IMG/VR virus record: IMGVR_UViG_3300036794_000049
Location: 1-54,863 of that record
Reading direction: 5' to 3' (one strand)
Length of the DNA: 54,863 nt
Source of the DNA: a virus
Lineage: Duplodnaviria; Caudoviricetes
The position numbers were made by a program, and so were the translations under genes. Of the stretch, positions 1 to 8,922 are shown piece by piece. Every line of letters starts with the position of its first letter. The stretch's first letter is position 1. The notes under the pieces were generated by a model, which searched no databases, was not told the DNA's origin, and was given only the letters and a program-made list of their open reading frames with translations.

Positions 1-127
1 GAGCGACGCAGAGCGACCTCCGGTCCCTGAAAGAGTCGGTCGACGACAGTCGTATCGCGGTAATTGATCACATCCAGGAAGCGAAGAAAGAAATGCTCGC
101 AGCCGTGAACGGGTTCGGCGAGCGGCT
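1..127. repeat. Exact terminal direct repeat (copy of 54737-54863); circular contig overlap
   Basis: The first 127 nt are identical to the last 127 nt, and a reading frame runs uninterrupted across the join. Confidence 0.97.
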
Positions 128-287
128 GGGCGTCACGGAACGCAAAGTGGCGGTGATCGACGATCGCCAACGCCGCGGCGAACGGAGCGAACGGAGTGAA
201 GTGGAGTAGCGGCCCGGCGTCTTAGTTGTAACTGAGCGGGTGTAAGTCTTGCGAGCAGCGTGCAAGGCTTTTACTGTTGCGGGTACG

Positions 288-758
288 ATGACCCCACCGA
301 CTTCGCCGATACCAGGGACCGAGACCGATGGACTGACGCGAGCGGGCCGCGATCTGCGGTCGCTCGCGCGCGACGTTGCAGTCACGTTCGTCCTCATCGG
401 CGCGACGCTGGAGGCTGTTGGCTCCCTTCTCACTGCAACGAGGCAACTCATGGCGAACGCTCAGGACCGAATCGCGCAGGATCTCGACAAGCTGTCGAGC
501 GACATTTCCGCGGCGTCGGATCAGCTCAAGAACGCGGCACAGAACGCCGACTCCGCGACGCAGGCCGCGCTCTCGCCGATCGCCGACAAGCTCGACGCGA
601 TCGTCGCGCAGGCCGATGCGCTCTCTCAGAGCACCACGAGCACCAGCTCGAGCACCGGCAGCGGCACGACCGGTTCCGGCACCGCCGGCAGCTCGTCCAG
701 CGCCAGCACCGGCGGCGCGACCGGGTCGAGTGGCTCAAGCGGATCGAGCACCATCTGA
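288..758 (+). CDS. Hypothetical coiled-coil protein with Ser/Gly/Thr-rich tail
   Basis: ORF with coherent composition. The start could be ATG 288 or ATG 450. Confidence 0.65.
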   Translation: MTPPTSPIPGTETDGLTRAGRDLRSLARDVAVTFVLIGATLEAVGSLLTATRQLMANAQDRIAQDLDKLSSDISAASDQLKNAAQNADSATQAALSPIADKLDAIVAQADALSQSTTSTSSSTGSGTTGSGTAGSSSSASTGGATGSSGSSGSSTI

Positions 759-786
759 CGCCAAGCGCCTGAGCGGAGCGGAGCGA

Positions 787-1161
787 ATGACAGCGCCGAA
801 AACCGTGCGCGTTCACAGGCAAGCGCTGTGGGCGGCACGGTTTTTCGCTGCGCTCGGCACGCTCATCATCCTGGTGGAAGTCGCGCGCAATTGGATCGGC
901 AATCATCGCATCGAGGGGTGGGTGGTCGCGATCGGTGCGGCGTTCGGATTCATCGGGTTCTATCTGCTCGATTCAACCGGCGCGCTCACCGCGTTCGGAT
1001 TCCTCCGCGACTCGACCGTCCAGATTATCGGGGTCGTGCGGAGCGGCCGACGGGCGACTGATCCCATCGTGCCGCAGGTCTCCGTGGCGCCGGCACCAAC
1101 CGATCCGGCAGCCCCGCCACAGACCCCAGGACCCGACACGCACGTCAGCGGTCAGGGTTAG
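787..1161 (+). CDS. Putative holin (two predicted TM segments)
   Basis: Two hydrophobic stretches (ALWAARFFAALGTLIILVEV; GWVVAIGAAFGFIGFYLL). Lies directly upstream of the endolysin. Confidence 0.6.
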   Translation: MTAPKTVRVHRQALWAARFFAALGTLIILVEVARNWIGNHRIEGWVVAIGAAFGFIGFYLLDSTGALTAFGFLRDSTVQIIGVVRSGRRATDPIVPQVSVAPAPTDPAAPPQTPGPDTHVSGQG

Positions 1162-1164
1162 CAT

Positions 1165-1863
1165 ATGCTCAACGGGCATCTCTACACGGCGCCGGCCGGT
1201 ATCAAAGGCTTCGACTGTACGGCCACACTCACGCCAGCGGCGCTGAGCGCGTTCGTCGACGCCGGCTACCGATTCGCGGTGCGGTACGTCCGTCGTGAGC
1301 AGTTCCATCCGTTCGACTGCACCGCGGATGAGGCGCAACGGATCCTCGCGGCCGGCCTGGGGCTGATGCTCGTCCAGCACGTCGAGTCGGATAAGACGTG
1401 GATTCCATCGCAGCAGAAAGGCGCCACGAACGGTGCGACCGCAGCCGGCGAAGCGTCCCGACTCGGGATGCCGCCTGGCGGGATGGTCTGGTGCGATTTG
1501 GAAGGCGTCGCACCGGGAACGCCGCCCGACACCGTGATCGCGTATTGCAACCTCTGGCATGCGGCCGTCGCGGGCGCTGGCTATCTGCCGGGGCTCTACG
1601 TGGGCTGGCATGCGGGACTCGCCGCCCAGGCGCTCTACGACTCGCTCCGGTTCACGCACTATTGGGCCGCGTACAACCTGAACGCCGATCAGCAGCCTGC
1701 GGTCCGCGGCATTCAGATGCAGCAGCGCGCGCGCACCGAAGCGGATGAAGTCGTGGCGGCCGGCATTCCTTCCTTCGACGTCAATGTGGTGCGGCGCGAT
1801 GCGTTAGGCGGCCTGCCGGTGATACTCGGTGCGGAAGGATGGAGCGGCGCGCTGGCTGCCTAA
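1165..1863 (+). CDS. Endolysin, DUF1906/Rv2525c-like (GH25-related) glycoside hydrolase
   Basis: Motifs GFDC...GYRFAVRY, GLGLMLV, VWCDLEG and GYLPGLY; located in the lysis cassette. Confidence 0.8.
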   Translation: MLNGHLYTAPAGIKGFDCTATLTPAALSAFVDAGYRFAVRYVRREQFHPFDCTADEAQRILAAGLGLMLVQHVESDKTWIPSQQKGATNGATAAGEASRLGMPPGGMVWCDLEGVAPGTPPDTVIAYCNLWHAAVAGAGYLPGLYVGWHAGLAAQALYDSLRFTHYWAAYNLNADQQPAVRGIQMQQRARTEADEVVAAGIPSFDVNVVRRDALGGLPVILGAEGWSGALAA

Positions 1864-1886
1864 CTACGTCTCTTGGAGGTTCGCCG

Positions 1887-2318
1887 ATGTGGTTTGCGAT
1901 CAAGCATTTCGTGTATCGGATCTTCCACGGCTGGAATACGCTGTATCCGCCGCTCGATCCGGCTGCAGTGCGCGCCGGTCAGATCCCGGAGGTCTGGCGC
2001 GAATGGCTGTCGGCGCTCGAGCGCGACATTGGCGGCAAGATGCGGAAGGTGTACGGCGACACGTTCGAAGTGCTCGTGCAGCATGTCGTGATCGTCGACC
2101 AACTGCCGAGCGGCGCGCGCGGTGAAGCGGCCTTCGACGGCGTGGCGACCACGCTCACGCTCTCGACGCGCTCGATGAATGACCGCGTGTACGTGCAACA
2201 CGAGTTCCTGCACTGCATGCAATATCGGCATAACGAGCTCTATGGCGAGCAGAGCGTGCCGCACCAATACCCGGGCGATCACTGGCCCTTCCTCTTCGAC
2301 CCGTACGGGAGCCACTAA
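1887..2318 (+). CDS. Small HExxH zinc-metallopeptidase-like protein
   Basis: VQHEFLHCMQY motif. Confidence 0.6.
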   Translation: MWFAIKHFVYRIFHGWNTLYPPLDPAAVRAGQIPEVWREWLSALERDIGGKMRKVYGDTFEVLVQHVVIVDQLPSGARGEAAFDGVATTLTLSTRSMNDRVYVQHEFLHCMQYRHNELYGEQSVPHQYPGDHWPFLFDPYGSH

Positions 2319-2491
2319 TGCGACTCGCGCTTATCATCGTGCTTCTCGCAGCGGCTGGCTGCGTCCGCCGCGACCACACCGTCCCGTGCGACCACGTGAA
2401 CGACCGCGCCGCGTGGGCACAGACGACGCTTACCGCGGCGCAGTATGACTCCGCGATGATCGCGCAGGGTAAGGAGTGCACGGCGCCATGA
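2318..2491 (+). CDS. 57-aa lipoprotein, possible o-spanin
   Basis: MRLALIIVLLAAAG-C lipobox. Translationally coupled on both sides (TAATG, ATGA). Below the ORF-track size cutoff. Confidence 0.65.
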   Translation: MRLALIIVLLAAAGCVRRDHTVPCDHVNDRAAWAQTTLTAAQYDSAMIAQGKECTAP

Positions 2492-3276
2492 GGCTCGTCT
2501 CGGGACCGATCACTGCGACGAAGGTCCTGATCGGCGTGTGCGCCGCGCTCCTGCTCCTGTTGGGCGTCCAGACGTGCCGCGTGCGAAGCGCTGAGGGCGC
2601 CCAGGCGAAAGCGGCGCTCGACGCGTACAATGAGCGCGTCCAGCATACCCGCGATACGACGCTTGTGGGGCAGCAGCTCGCGGCGCTCCGGAAGACGTAT
2701 GGGGATTCAGTGGCGGGCGTGACGCGGCTCGCCGTGCAGCAGCAACAGCAGAACGATCGGCTCGATCAGGCGCTGCAGCAGAACCGCATCGCGCTCGAGC
2801 AGGTGACCGCGACAGTGAAGGTGTTGCAGGCAAAGGCATCGAGCTCCGGAGCGATCGTCGAGGATACGGCCGGCGTCCGGAGCGGCAGCTTCGACATTCG
2901 ACAGGTACCGTACACGGCGCACGCGGATGTGGATCTGCCGAAGCCGCCCGCGAAGGGCGCGATGGATCTCCGCGTGACGCTCGATCCGGCCGTCATGAAT
3001 CTGCGGTTGGGGTGCGGTGCGGTAGACGCGAACGGGATCCGCGAGGCCCGCGCAACGGCTGAAGGGCCGAGCTGGCTGGCGCTCTCGATCGACCGCGTGG
3101 AACAAGATCCCGGCGTTTGCCCCTCACCGGCTCTCCAGAAGGCGCAAAGCTCGGGGAGCCACTTCCGTCCACAGTTGTCGATTGGGCCCGGCTACGGGCT
3201 TCAGCGTGCGCCTGACGGCACGGTGCGCGCGGGGTTCACACTCGACGTACAGCTCTCGCTCTTTCACTGGCCGTAA
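2488..3276 (+). CDS. Putative spanin-like protein (N-terminal TM, coiled coil, C-terminal beta-rich tail)
   Basis: KVLIGVCAALLLLLGVQTC anchor and a Gln-rich helix. Ends LSIGPGYGL...GFTLDVQLSLFHWP. Confidence 0.55.
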   Translation: MRLVSGPITATKVLIGVCAALLLLLGVQTCRVRSAEGAQAKAALDAYNERVQHTRDTTLVGQQLAALRKTYGDSVAGVTRLAVQQQQQNDRLDQALQQNRIALEQVTATVKVLQAKASSSGAIVEDTAGVRSGSFDIRQVPYTAHADVDLPKPPAKGAMDLRVTLDPAVMNLRLGCGAVDANGIREARATAEGPSWLALSIDRVEQDPGVCPSPALQKAQSSGSHFRPQLSIGPGYGLQRAPDGTVRAGFTLDVQLSLFHWP

Positions 3277-3297
3277 GGCTCTCACCACGAGGTCATC

Positions 3298-3561
3298 ATG
3301 GCGCGCAAATCATCCGGGACGACTCCACTCCCGAAGGGCGGGGGCAAGAAGTTCCCGAGCCCCAACACCAGCAACATCAATCCGCCGCCGTTCCCGCCCG
3401 AGAACCGGTCCACCGCGCAGCTGCACCAGCGGCACGGCTCGGGATCGAAACTGAGCGGCGCGGGCCAGCACGAGCAGGGTGCGCGTGGGAAGGGGAAGGG
3501 AACGAGCTCGGCGAACACCCGCACGAGCGTCGCGTTCGGCGGTCAGTCGAAGCCGTTCTGA
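3298..3561 (+). CDS. Small basic, disordered protein
   Basis: GAGG RBS; K/G/S-rich 87 aa beginning MARKSSG...KGGGKK. Confidence 0.6.
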   Translation: MARKSSGTTPLPKGGGKKFPSPNTSNINPPPFPPENRSTAQLHQRHGSGSKLSGAGQHEQGARGKGKGTSSANTRTSVAFGGQSKPF

Positions 3562-3576
3562 TCGGCGTCCGGAGTC

Positions 3577-3605
3577 TTGACAAGAGTCCGCAAGGCATTT
3601 ACTCT
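3577..3605 (+). promoter_or_regulatory. Sigma70-type promoter for the ncRNA/tRNA block
   Basis: TTGACA (3577-3582), 17-bp spacer, TACTCT (3600-3605). Confidence 0.75.
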
Positions 3606-3724
3606 AGCGATCACGGTCCACGCAGCGTACCGGCCTCACGGCGAAACACTGCGAAGATCTACCGGGATCACCGTTGTCTAACTCTAAGCGGGGTTCCGCA
3701 GCGCAGTTTCCGGTAGGTCTCTGA

Positions 3725-3797
3725 AGCGGGGTAGCGCAACGGTAGCGCGTCGGGCCCATAACCCGAAGGCAGCTCGGTTCAATTCCGGCCCCCGCCA
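3725..3797 (+). tRNA. tRNA-Met (CAT), initiator-type; CCA not encoded
   Basis: Cloverleaf AGCGGGG...CCCCGCC-A with an unpaired 1:72 position. Anticodon stem TCGGG/CCCGA has three G-C pairs, the loop is CCCATAA and the T loop is TTCAATT. Confidence 0.88.
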
Positions 3798-4142
3798 TGT
3801 AGGGCGAAAAGGGAGCAATCCTCTGGTGACGGCTTGGCTCTGCACTGCTTTTCAACCCGCTTCGGCGGTCACTTGCAGCGGCGCACCCCGTAGCGACCTA
3901 GCCCTTCCAGATTCGCTCGGACTCACCGAACCGAACCAGTCACGTTGCTTGCTACGACGTTTCGCGGTGAAGCGGTGAGGCCCGGGCGACAGAACGCCAT
4001 CAGGTGGCAGTAGGTGCCGGGGGCGCTGCCGTGGAACGCATGCGGTGGGTCGATGTACCCGGAATAACGCCGAAGGCTATGCTGGTGATCGGCGGTAGAT
4101 CCAGCCGGAAGTGCCACCATTCTCATACTCGCGCTGAAGGGC

Positions 4143-4189
4143 CTACGGGGTCCTAGGATGAGCCGCCGCTCTCGCCTAGGACCCCGTAG
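4143..4189. terminator. Strong hairpin, probable terminator or 3' end of the ncRNA
   Basis: Perfect 15-bp inverted repeat CTACGGGGTCCTAGG/CCTAGGACCCCGTAG followed by CATTT (weak U tract). Confidence 0.6.
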
Positions 4190-4406
4190 CATTTCCAACC
4201 CCAGCGAGCGCGTGTGGACGAATTGTGCACAATTCGTCTTTACCCGCTTGATAAAACCATGAAAGTCCGCATGTTAGCATTTGCGGGCTGCGGTGCAGCG
4301 GGCCGCCAACGTCTGACGAATCGTGCAGAAACTGAGGGTCGCGGTGCGGAATGTTTCACGTGGCACGTCAGCATTTGAGTACAGAACTCACGTGAACGTC
4401 GGCTAA

Positions 4407-4445
4407 ACGCAAACTCTTTACTTTCGTCAGCAACGCATTTACTAT
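4407..4445 (+). promoter_or_regulatory. Promoter with two operator-like sites upstream of the HTH gene
   Basis: TTTACT-17-TACTAT. Sites ACGCAA-ACTC-TTTACT (4407) and CAGCAA-CGCA-TTTACT (4428), 21 bp apart. Confidence 0.6.
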
Positions 4446-4482
4446 TACGCTCAACACTGGAGGAAAAGTGTCAGCGGGGGCA

Positions 4483-4893
4483 ATGACCAAAACACTCTTC
4501 GACGATCCGGAGGTCGTCGCTGCACTCGAGGCGATCGAGGCAGCGGAGCCACCGGATCGTCTCGCCGCCATCGAGAGGGCGCGTCAGCTGATCGACGTGC
4601 CGGAGAATGGTGTCGAGCTCCGGGCGTGGCTGCGCTACAACCTGCAGCGCGTGCCGAACAAGAAAACGGGAAAGCCGTGGAATCAGGCGGACGTCGGCCG
4701 CGAGGCTGGCGACGCGTCAGGCGCTACGGTCTCGCGCGTCTTCGTCGGCGAGCTCCCGAGTGGCAAAACGTCCGACAAGGTGCGGCAGTTGACCGCAGAT
4801 ATTCTGGGGATTCCGGTCGATGTGATCTGGAAGCCAGCGGAGGTCTGCCCAGCGTGCGGCAACCCTCTTTCCCCAGGCGACCTCGATACGTGA
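4483..4893 (+). CDS. XRE/Cro-family HTH regulator with C-terminal CxxC
   Basis: WNQADVGREAG..SGATVSRVFVG...LTADILGIPVDVIW pattern; GGAGG upstream. Alternative GTG start at 4468. Confidence 0.7.
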   Translation: MTKTLFDDPEVVAALEAIEAAEPPDRLAAIERARQLIDVPENGVELRAWLRYNLQRVPNKKTGKPWNQADVGREAGDASGATVSRVFVGELPSGKTSDKVRQLTADILGIPVDVIWKPAEVCPACGNPLSPGDLDT

Positions 4894-5241
4894 AGCGACG
4901 GGCCCCAGGTCTGTCGTCGATCGGTTCGCAGGTCGCCGCATGTTGTCACCGAGCGAGCGCAAGATGGTACGGAGCGCGCTCAGTGAAGCCGCGGATGCAC
5001 AGCGGCAGCTCGAGAAGCTGTTGGATTTACCGACCGGCCGTGACGCGAGCGGAAAGGAATCAACGCCAGCGAAGCGCGGTCGAAAGAAATGAGTAGGTAG
5101 TAAACGAAGCGCCCCCGAGGCGTGCAGGCGTCGAGGGCGTTCGTTGCGAGAGCAATTCGGCTTCACCTTGGCAGGCTAGAAGCGCACCGGGGAAGTTACG
5201 GCCCGGCGCGGAGAAGTCAACCGCGACATGAGAGGTTGCGA

Positions 5242-6396
5242 ATGGCGACAGCAGCGCGCGAACCAACAGAGCGCGAGCAACGCGAAGCCCAAGAGGCCGG
5301 CGATCTCGCGGGTGGCAAACGGAAGTGGAGTCTCCCGCCAGACGTTGAGGCGCGGCTCGAGCAGCGACGCATCGAGGGGCAGATCGTTGCCGCCGTCGCG
5401 GCCCAGACGTGGGGACAGAACCTCACGGCCACGATGCGCCGAGCGGTCGCGCAGTATTGCATGCGCTACGGCATGGACCCACTGACGGAGATCGATATCC
5501 TCGGTGGCTGTCCGTATCCCAACAGCGAGTTCTACCTGCGGAAGCTGGGCGAGCTCCGGTCGTCTGGCATCGTCAAAGACTTCTGGTTCGAACGGATCAG
5601 CGCGGATCCGGAGCTGCTGAAGGTCGCGGGCGATGAATCCGCACCGGCTGACATGCGGGACTGGTCACGGAAAGAACACTGGCGTCGCTGGCAACGCCGT
5701 CGTGAGCTCGGCGCGCGCGAGCAAGCGATCAACGCCGTGGCGTTTCACGTCGTGCTCGCCGCTGGTGGTCACGAGATCGTGGGCTGGAAGCAGGCGGGCG
5801 GCGGCACGGCGGTGAAGCAATTCAGCAGCGGAGGCGGAGGGAGACCCAACCCCATCGTCGAGGACGAGAACAACGGCGCGCTCTCCGTAGAATCACAGGC
5901 GGTCCGGCGTGCCGTTCGGCAAATCTCGACGCACGTCACCGGAGCTGCTGAGTCGCCGCTCATGGCGATCGCTCGCACCTTCTCGAATATCGAGACCGAG
6001 GCGGAGGAGCTGGGCGAGCGGATCGCGGAGACTGCACCGCCGACCCCACAGGGCCCGATTCCCGAGCCCAAGGCGCTCAACCCAGCCAGCTACAACGATG
6101 GCGATGCGCTCGTCGCGCAGCTCGAGCGAAAGCAGGATGCCGAAGGCCGCCCGGTACCGGTGGAGACCGTCGTGCAGGGCACGGCGGCATCACCGACACT
6201 CCGCCGCGTCGTGGATAACCGCGACGATCCATACGCGGATACGCCGGCCGCACCGGCGGCCACGCACCCCGACATGTTCACGGGCAGCGAGACGCCGATC
6301 GCGCCGGTAAAGCACGTCTGCTCGGAGTGCAAACGCTCCGTCGCGGACTTCAGCGACCACGATCCCGATTGCTCGCACTACGCTGACCCCGACTGA
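5242..6396 (+). CDS. Putative single-strand annealing protein (Red-beta/RecT-like), C-terminal Zn-finger-like motif
   Basis: YCMRYGMDPLTEIDILGG resembles the Bet 'YGLNP..EI' motif. It ends in CxxC...HxxxC and is the first large gene of the early module. Confidence 0.5.
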   Translation: MATAAREPTEREQREAQEAGDLAGGKRKWSLPPDVEARLEQRRIEGQIVAAVAAQTWGQNLTATMRRAVAQYCMRYGMDPLTEIDILGGCPYPNSEFYLRKLGELRSSGIVKDFWFERISADPELLKVAGDESAPADMRDWSRKEHWRRWQRRRELGAREQAINAVAFHVVLAAGGHEIVGWKQAGGGTAVKQFSSGGGGRPNPIVEDENNGALSVESQAVRRAVRQISTHVTGAAESPLMAIARTFSNIETEAEELGERIAETAPPTPQGPIPEPKALNPASYNDGDALVAQLERKQDAEGRPVPVETVVQGTAASPTLRRVVDNRDDPYADTPAAPAATHPDMFTGSETPIAPVKHVCSECKRSVADFSDHDPDCSHYADPD

Positions 6397-6551
6397 GGTC
6401 GCGTAGCTCCCAATGCCAAGCGTGGCACTTCGTGCGTCCGATGATTGCTTAACTATTCGAGTAAAGATTTACCGTTTGCTTGGTAACACATTGCGGAATT
6501 GCCGCAGCAGTCTAAACTCTCGTTCACTCTTCACCCGTTGAGCAGCCACGT

Positions 6552-7493
6552 ATGACCGCACCGACTGAGACGACGCTCAGCATTACCGTACCGGCACGCG
6601 CCGCGGCGATCGCCTGGCTCAATACGTTCCTCGCGTCCTCGCAGGATAAGGAGCGCCCGATTCTCTGTCGGACGATGTCGCTCGAATGGTTCGACTCGGG
6701 TGTGCAGTTCGTCTGCACCGACGGCACTGCGCTCTTTCGGTGCTGGGTGCCGAGCGTCGAGGATGCGGACGCGTCGTGGCCACACAAGCACCGGCCCACG
6801 CAGAGCGTGGTCGTGATGGATCCCGATGGATTCGGCATTGGGTTCATGCGCGCACTGCTCCGCGTCACCGGCGAGGAGGCGCACGCCGGGGAAACGCTCA
6901 CGCTGTCCCTCTCGCCGCACGACGACGCGCCAGAGATCGCGCTTGGGGCCGAGTTCATGACGGAGCGTGTCACGCTGCGCGCGTGTGGCCAGCGCATCGA
7001 TCTCCGGCTGTTCGATGCGGAGTATCCCGATTGGCGGAACCTGAAGCTCGACGTCATACCGGTCGAGCGCGTCGAGGGGATGCTGATCGCGACACGATTG
7101 TACGGTCTCCTCGGCAAGCTGCGCGGGGTCGCGTCGGCGGAGCTGGAGTTTCATGGCGACAATCGATTCATCGCGTTCACCGCCAAGGGCGAGGCACCCG
7201 TGCGCGGGCTCCTCATGCCGATGCGACGCGTCATGGCGGAGCCGGAGAAGCCGCCGGCCGAGAATCCGGACGCACCGTCGTTAGGGGTCGATGACGTGGA
7301 CGCTTGGGTCTCGCGCGGCCCGTGGGGGGTGCGCACTCGCGACGGCAAGCCGGGATCGAGCGAATGGGAAGTTTTTAAGGACGACCCTGAGGGAGTGGCC
7401 CGCGCTTTCTCCGAGCAGTTCGCGACGCTCGACAAGGCGCGCGAGATGGCGGCGGAATTCAATCGCGTCGAAGCGGCTAAGGCGAGCGCCTAA
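6552..7493 (+). CDS. DNA sliding clamp (DnaN beta)-like protein, shortened
   Basis: ERPIL..., FVCTDG, YPDWRNL and GLLMPMR match the beta-clamp middle and C-terminal domain motifs (RPIL, VATDG, FPDY, IMP.R). Confidence 0.65.
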   Translation: MTAPTETTLSITVPARAAAIAWLNTFLASSQDKERPILCRTMSLEWFDSGVQFVCTDGTALFRCWVPSVEDADASWPHKHRPTQSVVVMDPDGFGIGFMRALLRVTGEEAHAGETLTLSLSPHDDAPEIALGAEFMTERVTLRACGQRIDLRLFDAEYPDWRNLKLDVIPVERVEGMLIATRLYGLLGKLRGVASAELEFHGDNRFIAFTAKGEAPVRGLLMPMRRVMAEPEKPPAENPDAPSLGVDDVDAWVSRGPWGVRTRDGKPGSSEWEVFKDDPEGVARAFSEQFATLDKAREMAAEFNRVEAAKASA

Positions 7494-7699
7494 CGTGCCG
7501 CGCTGCGGATTCGAAGGCCCGTACATGCTCGCCAGCACGAGCGGTCGGTGCGCCGACAACGCTGTCGGCGAGATCGTCGCGAGCGGCGGCCGTTCACCTG
7601 GCTGGCCGCTCACGGGCCCCTTTTGTGAGCTGCACGGAGAGCTGATCTGCATCCGCGCCCCAATGCTCGATCCCACTGCGAGGGTGGAGTTTCGCCGCT

Positions 7700-8047
7700 A
7701 TGCCTAACCGCAATGGCGATCAGCTCGAGCTCACGCCCACCGAGCAGCACGAGGAGTGGGTCAAGGTGATCAGAGCGAGGCTCGTCACGCTCGCGAAGGA
7801 ACGACTGCAGTCGGCAGGACCGCACGGCGTCACGTTCGACGAAGTGCGCTTTATGGCGGAGACACGAGGATGGCTGACCGGAGAAGAGGCCGGACGCACC
7901 CTCAGCTTTGGCGCATCGGTTATGCGGGAAGCTGGTGGAGTGGCTACGGGGTACCAGGCGTCGAAACACCGCAAGAGCAAGAACCGCCCGATTCGGATTT
8001 GGGTGCACGCGCAGTTCCTCGACACACCGAAACGACGCGTCGGCTGA
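7700..8047 (+). CDS. Hypothetical protein
   Basis: 115-aa ORF with GGAG RBS, in the replication operon. Confidence 0.65.
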   Translation: MPNRNGDQLELTPTEQHEEWVKVIRARLVTLAKERLQSAGPHGVTFDEVRFMAETRGWLTGEEAGRTLSFGASVMREAGGVATGYQASKHRKSKNRPIRIWVHAQFLDTPKRRVG

Positions 8048-8049
8048 TC

Positions 8050-8922
8050 ATGACCTGGCTGCGCGTCGACGCGAACCTCTCGCACTCGCGACTGATTGAC
8101 GTCCTGCGGACATCCTGCGGACTGTCACGGGTCGCGGCGATCGGGTCCGTCGTGTCGCTCTGGTCACAATGCGTGATCGCCGACAACGGCGGCTATATCG
8201 GCCGACTCTCCGACACGTGGATCGAGGACGCGTGCGGGTGGACAGGTCAGCCGGGGCAACTCGCGGCCGTGATCCGTGAGCATCATCTAACCGATGGTCG
8301 GATAAAGGATTGGGACGACTACCAGGGCGCGCTCGAGCAGCGCCGCGAGGCCGATCGCCTGCGGAAACAGCGTGAACGCGAGCGGAAAAAGACCGGACAG
8401 CCGCCGGACAGTCCCGGTGACGTCACGCGGAAATCCGGTGGGACGTCACGCGGACATCCGAACGCTACGGGTACGGTAACGGATACGGAACTACAACAGC
8501 CTCTCTCTCACCCGCGCGCGCCAGAAGATGACGAGCCCGGCGATGACGAGCGAGGCCGAGCGGTCGCGCAGCTCACTGAGTGGATTCCGGCTGCCGCAGA
8601 GTCGTTCCGGCTGATCATCGCGGAGGTCGAGCACACCGAGGCGTTCGTGGGGTTCGTACGCTCCCTCCGCGAAGGCATCGGGGGCCCGGTGTACGCTGAC
8701 GATGCAATCACGCGGGGACTCATCCACCTCTGCGCGAACGGTGATCACGTGGGTGGCATCTCGAGCCGCCAGGTCACGCGCTACGTGCAGGACGCTGCAA
8801 CGGCGATCGCCGAGGAGAGCGAAGGCGTTCACGTCGGTAGGCCAGCGACGAATGGCCGCGTGCGCGGTGGTGTCGCGCAGCGCTCGTTCAACAACGTTCG
8901 CAACGCACTGGATGGGCTATGA
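8050..8922 (+). CDS. Replication initiator / replisome-organiser-like protein
   Basis: MTWLRVD start, ...LW..., IKDWDDYQ...DRLRKQRERE followed by a low-complexity linker; typical phage initiator layout. Confidence 0.7.
   Translation: MTWLRVDANLSHSRLIDVLRTSCGLSRVAAIGSVVSLWSQCVIADNGGYIGRLSDTWIEDACGWTGQPGQLAAVIREHHLTDGRIKDWDDYQGALEQRREADRLRKQRERERKKTGQPPDSPGDVTRKSGGTSRGHPNATGTVTDTELQQPLSHPRAPEDDEPGDDERGRAVAQLTEWIPAAAESFRLIIAEVEHTEAFVGFVRSLREGIGGPVYADDAITRGLIHLCANGDHVGGISSRQVTRYVQDAATAIAEESEGVHVGRPATNGRVRGGVAQRSFNNVRNALDGL

Larger units (their letters stand above)
3612..4189 (+). ncRNA. Candidate large structured ncRNA (GOLLD-like) enclosing a tRNA
   Basis: No credible ORF. Contains an 11-bp helix 3655/3720, GCAA and C(UUCG)G tetraloop hairpins, a long-range GGTGGC 4003-4008/GCCACC 4113-4118 helix flanked by AGTA and GAA, and a terminal 15-bp hairpin. 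The family assignment is from recalled resemblance only. Confidence 0.5.

Noticed and set aside
3613-3652. Hammerhead or HDV/theta ribozyme near the tRNA (GCC-TCAC-GGC-GAAAC; CGCAG/CTGCG)
   Set aside because: It lacks the CUGANGA core and the HDV P3/L3 element, so it is treated only as part of the larger RNA.
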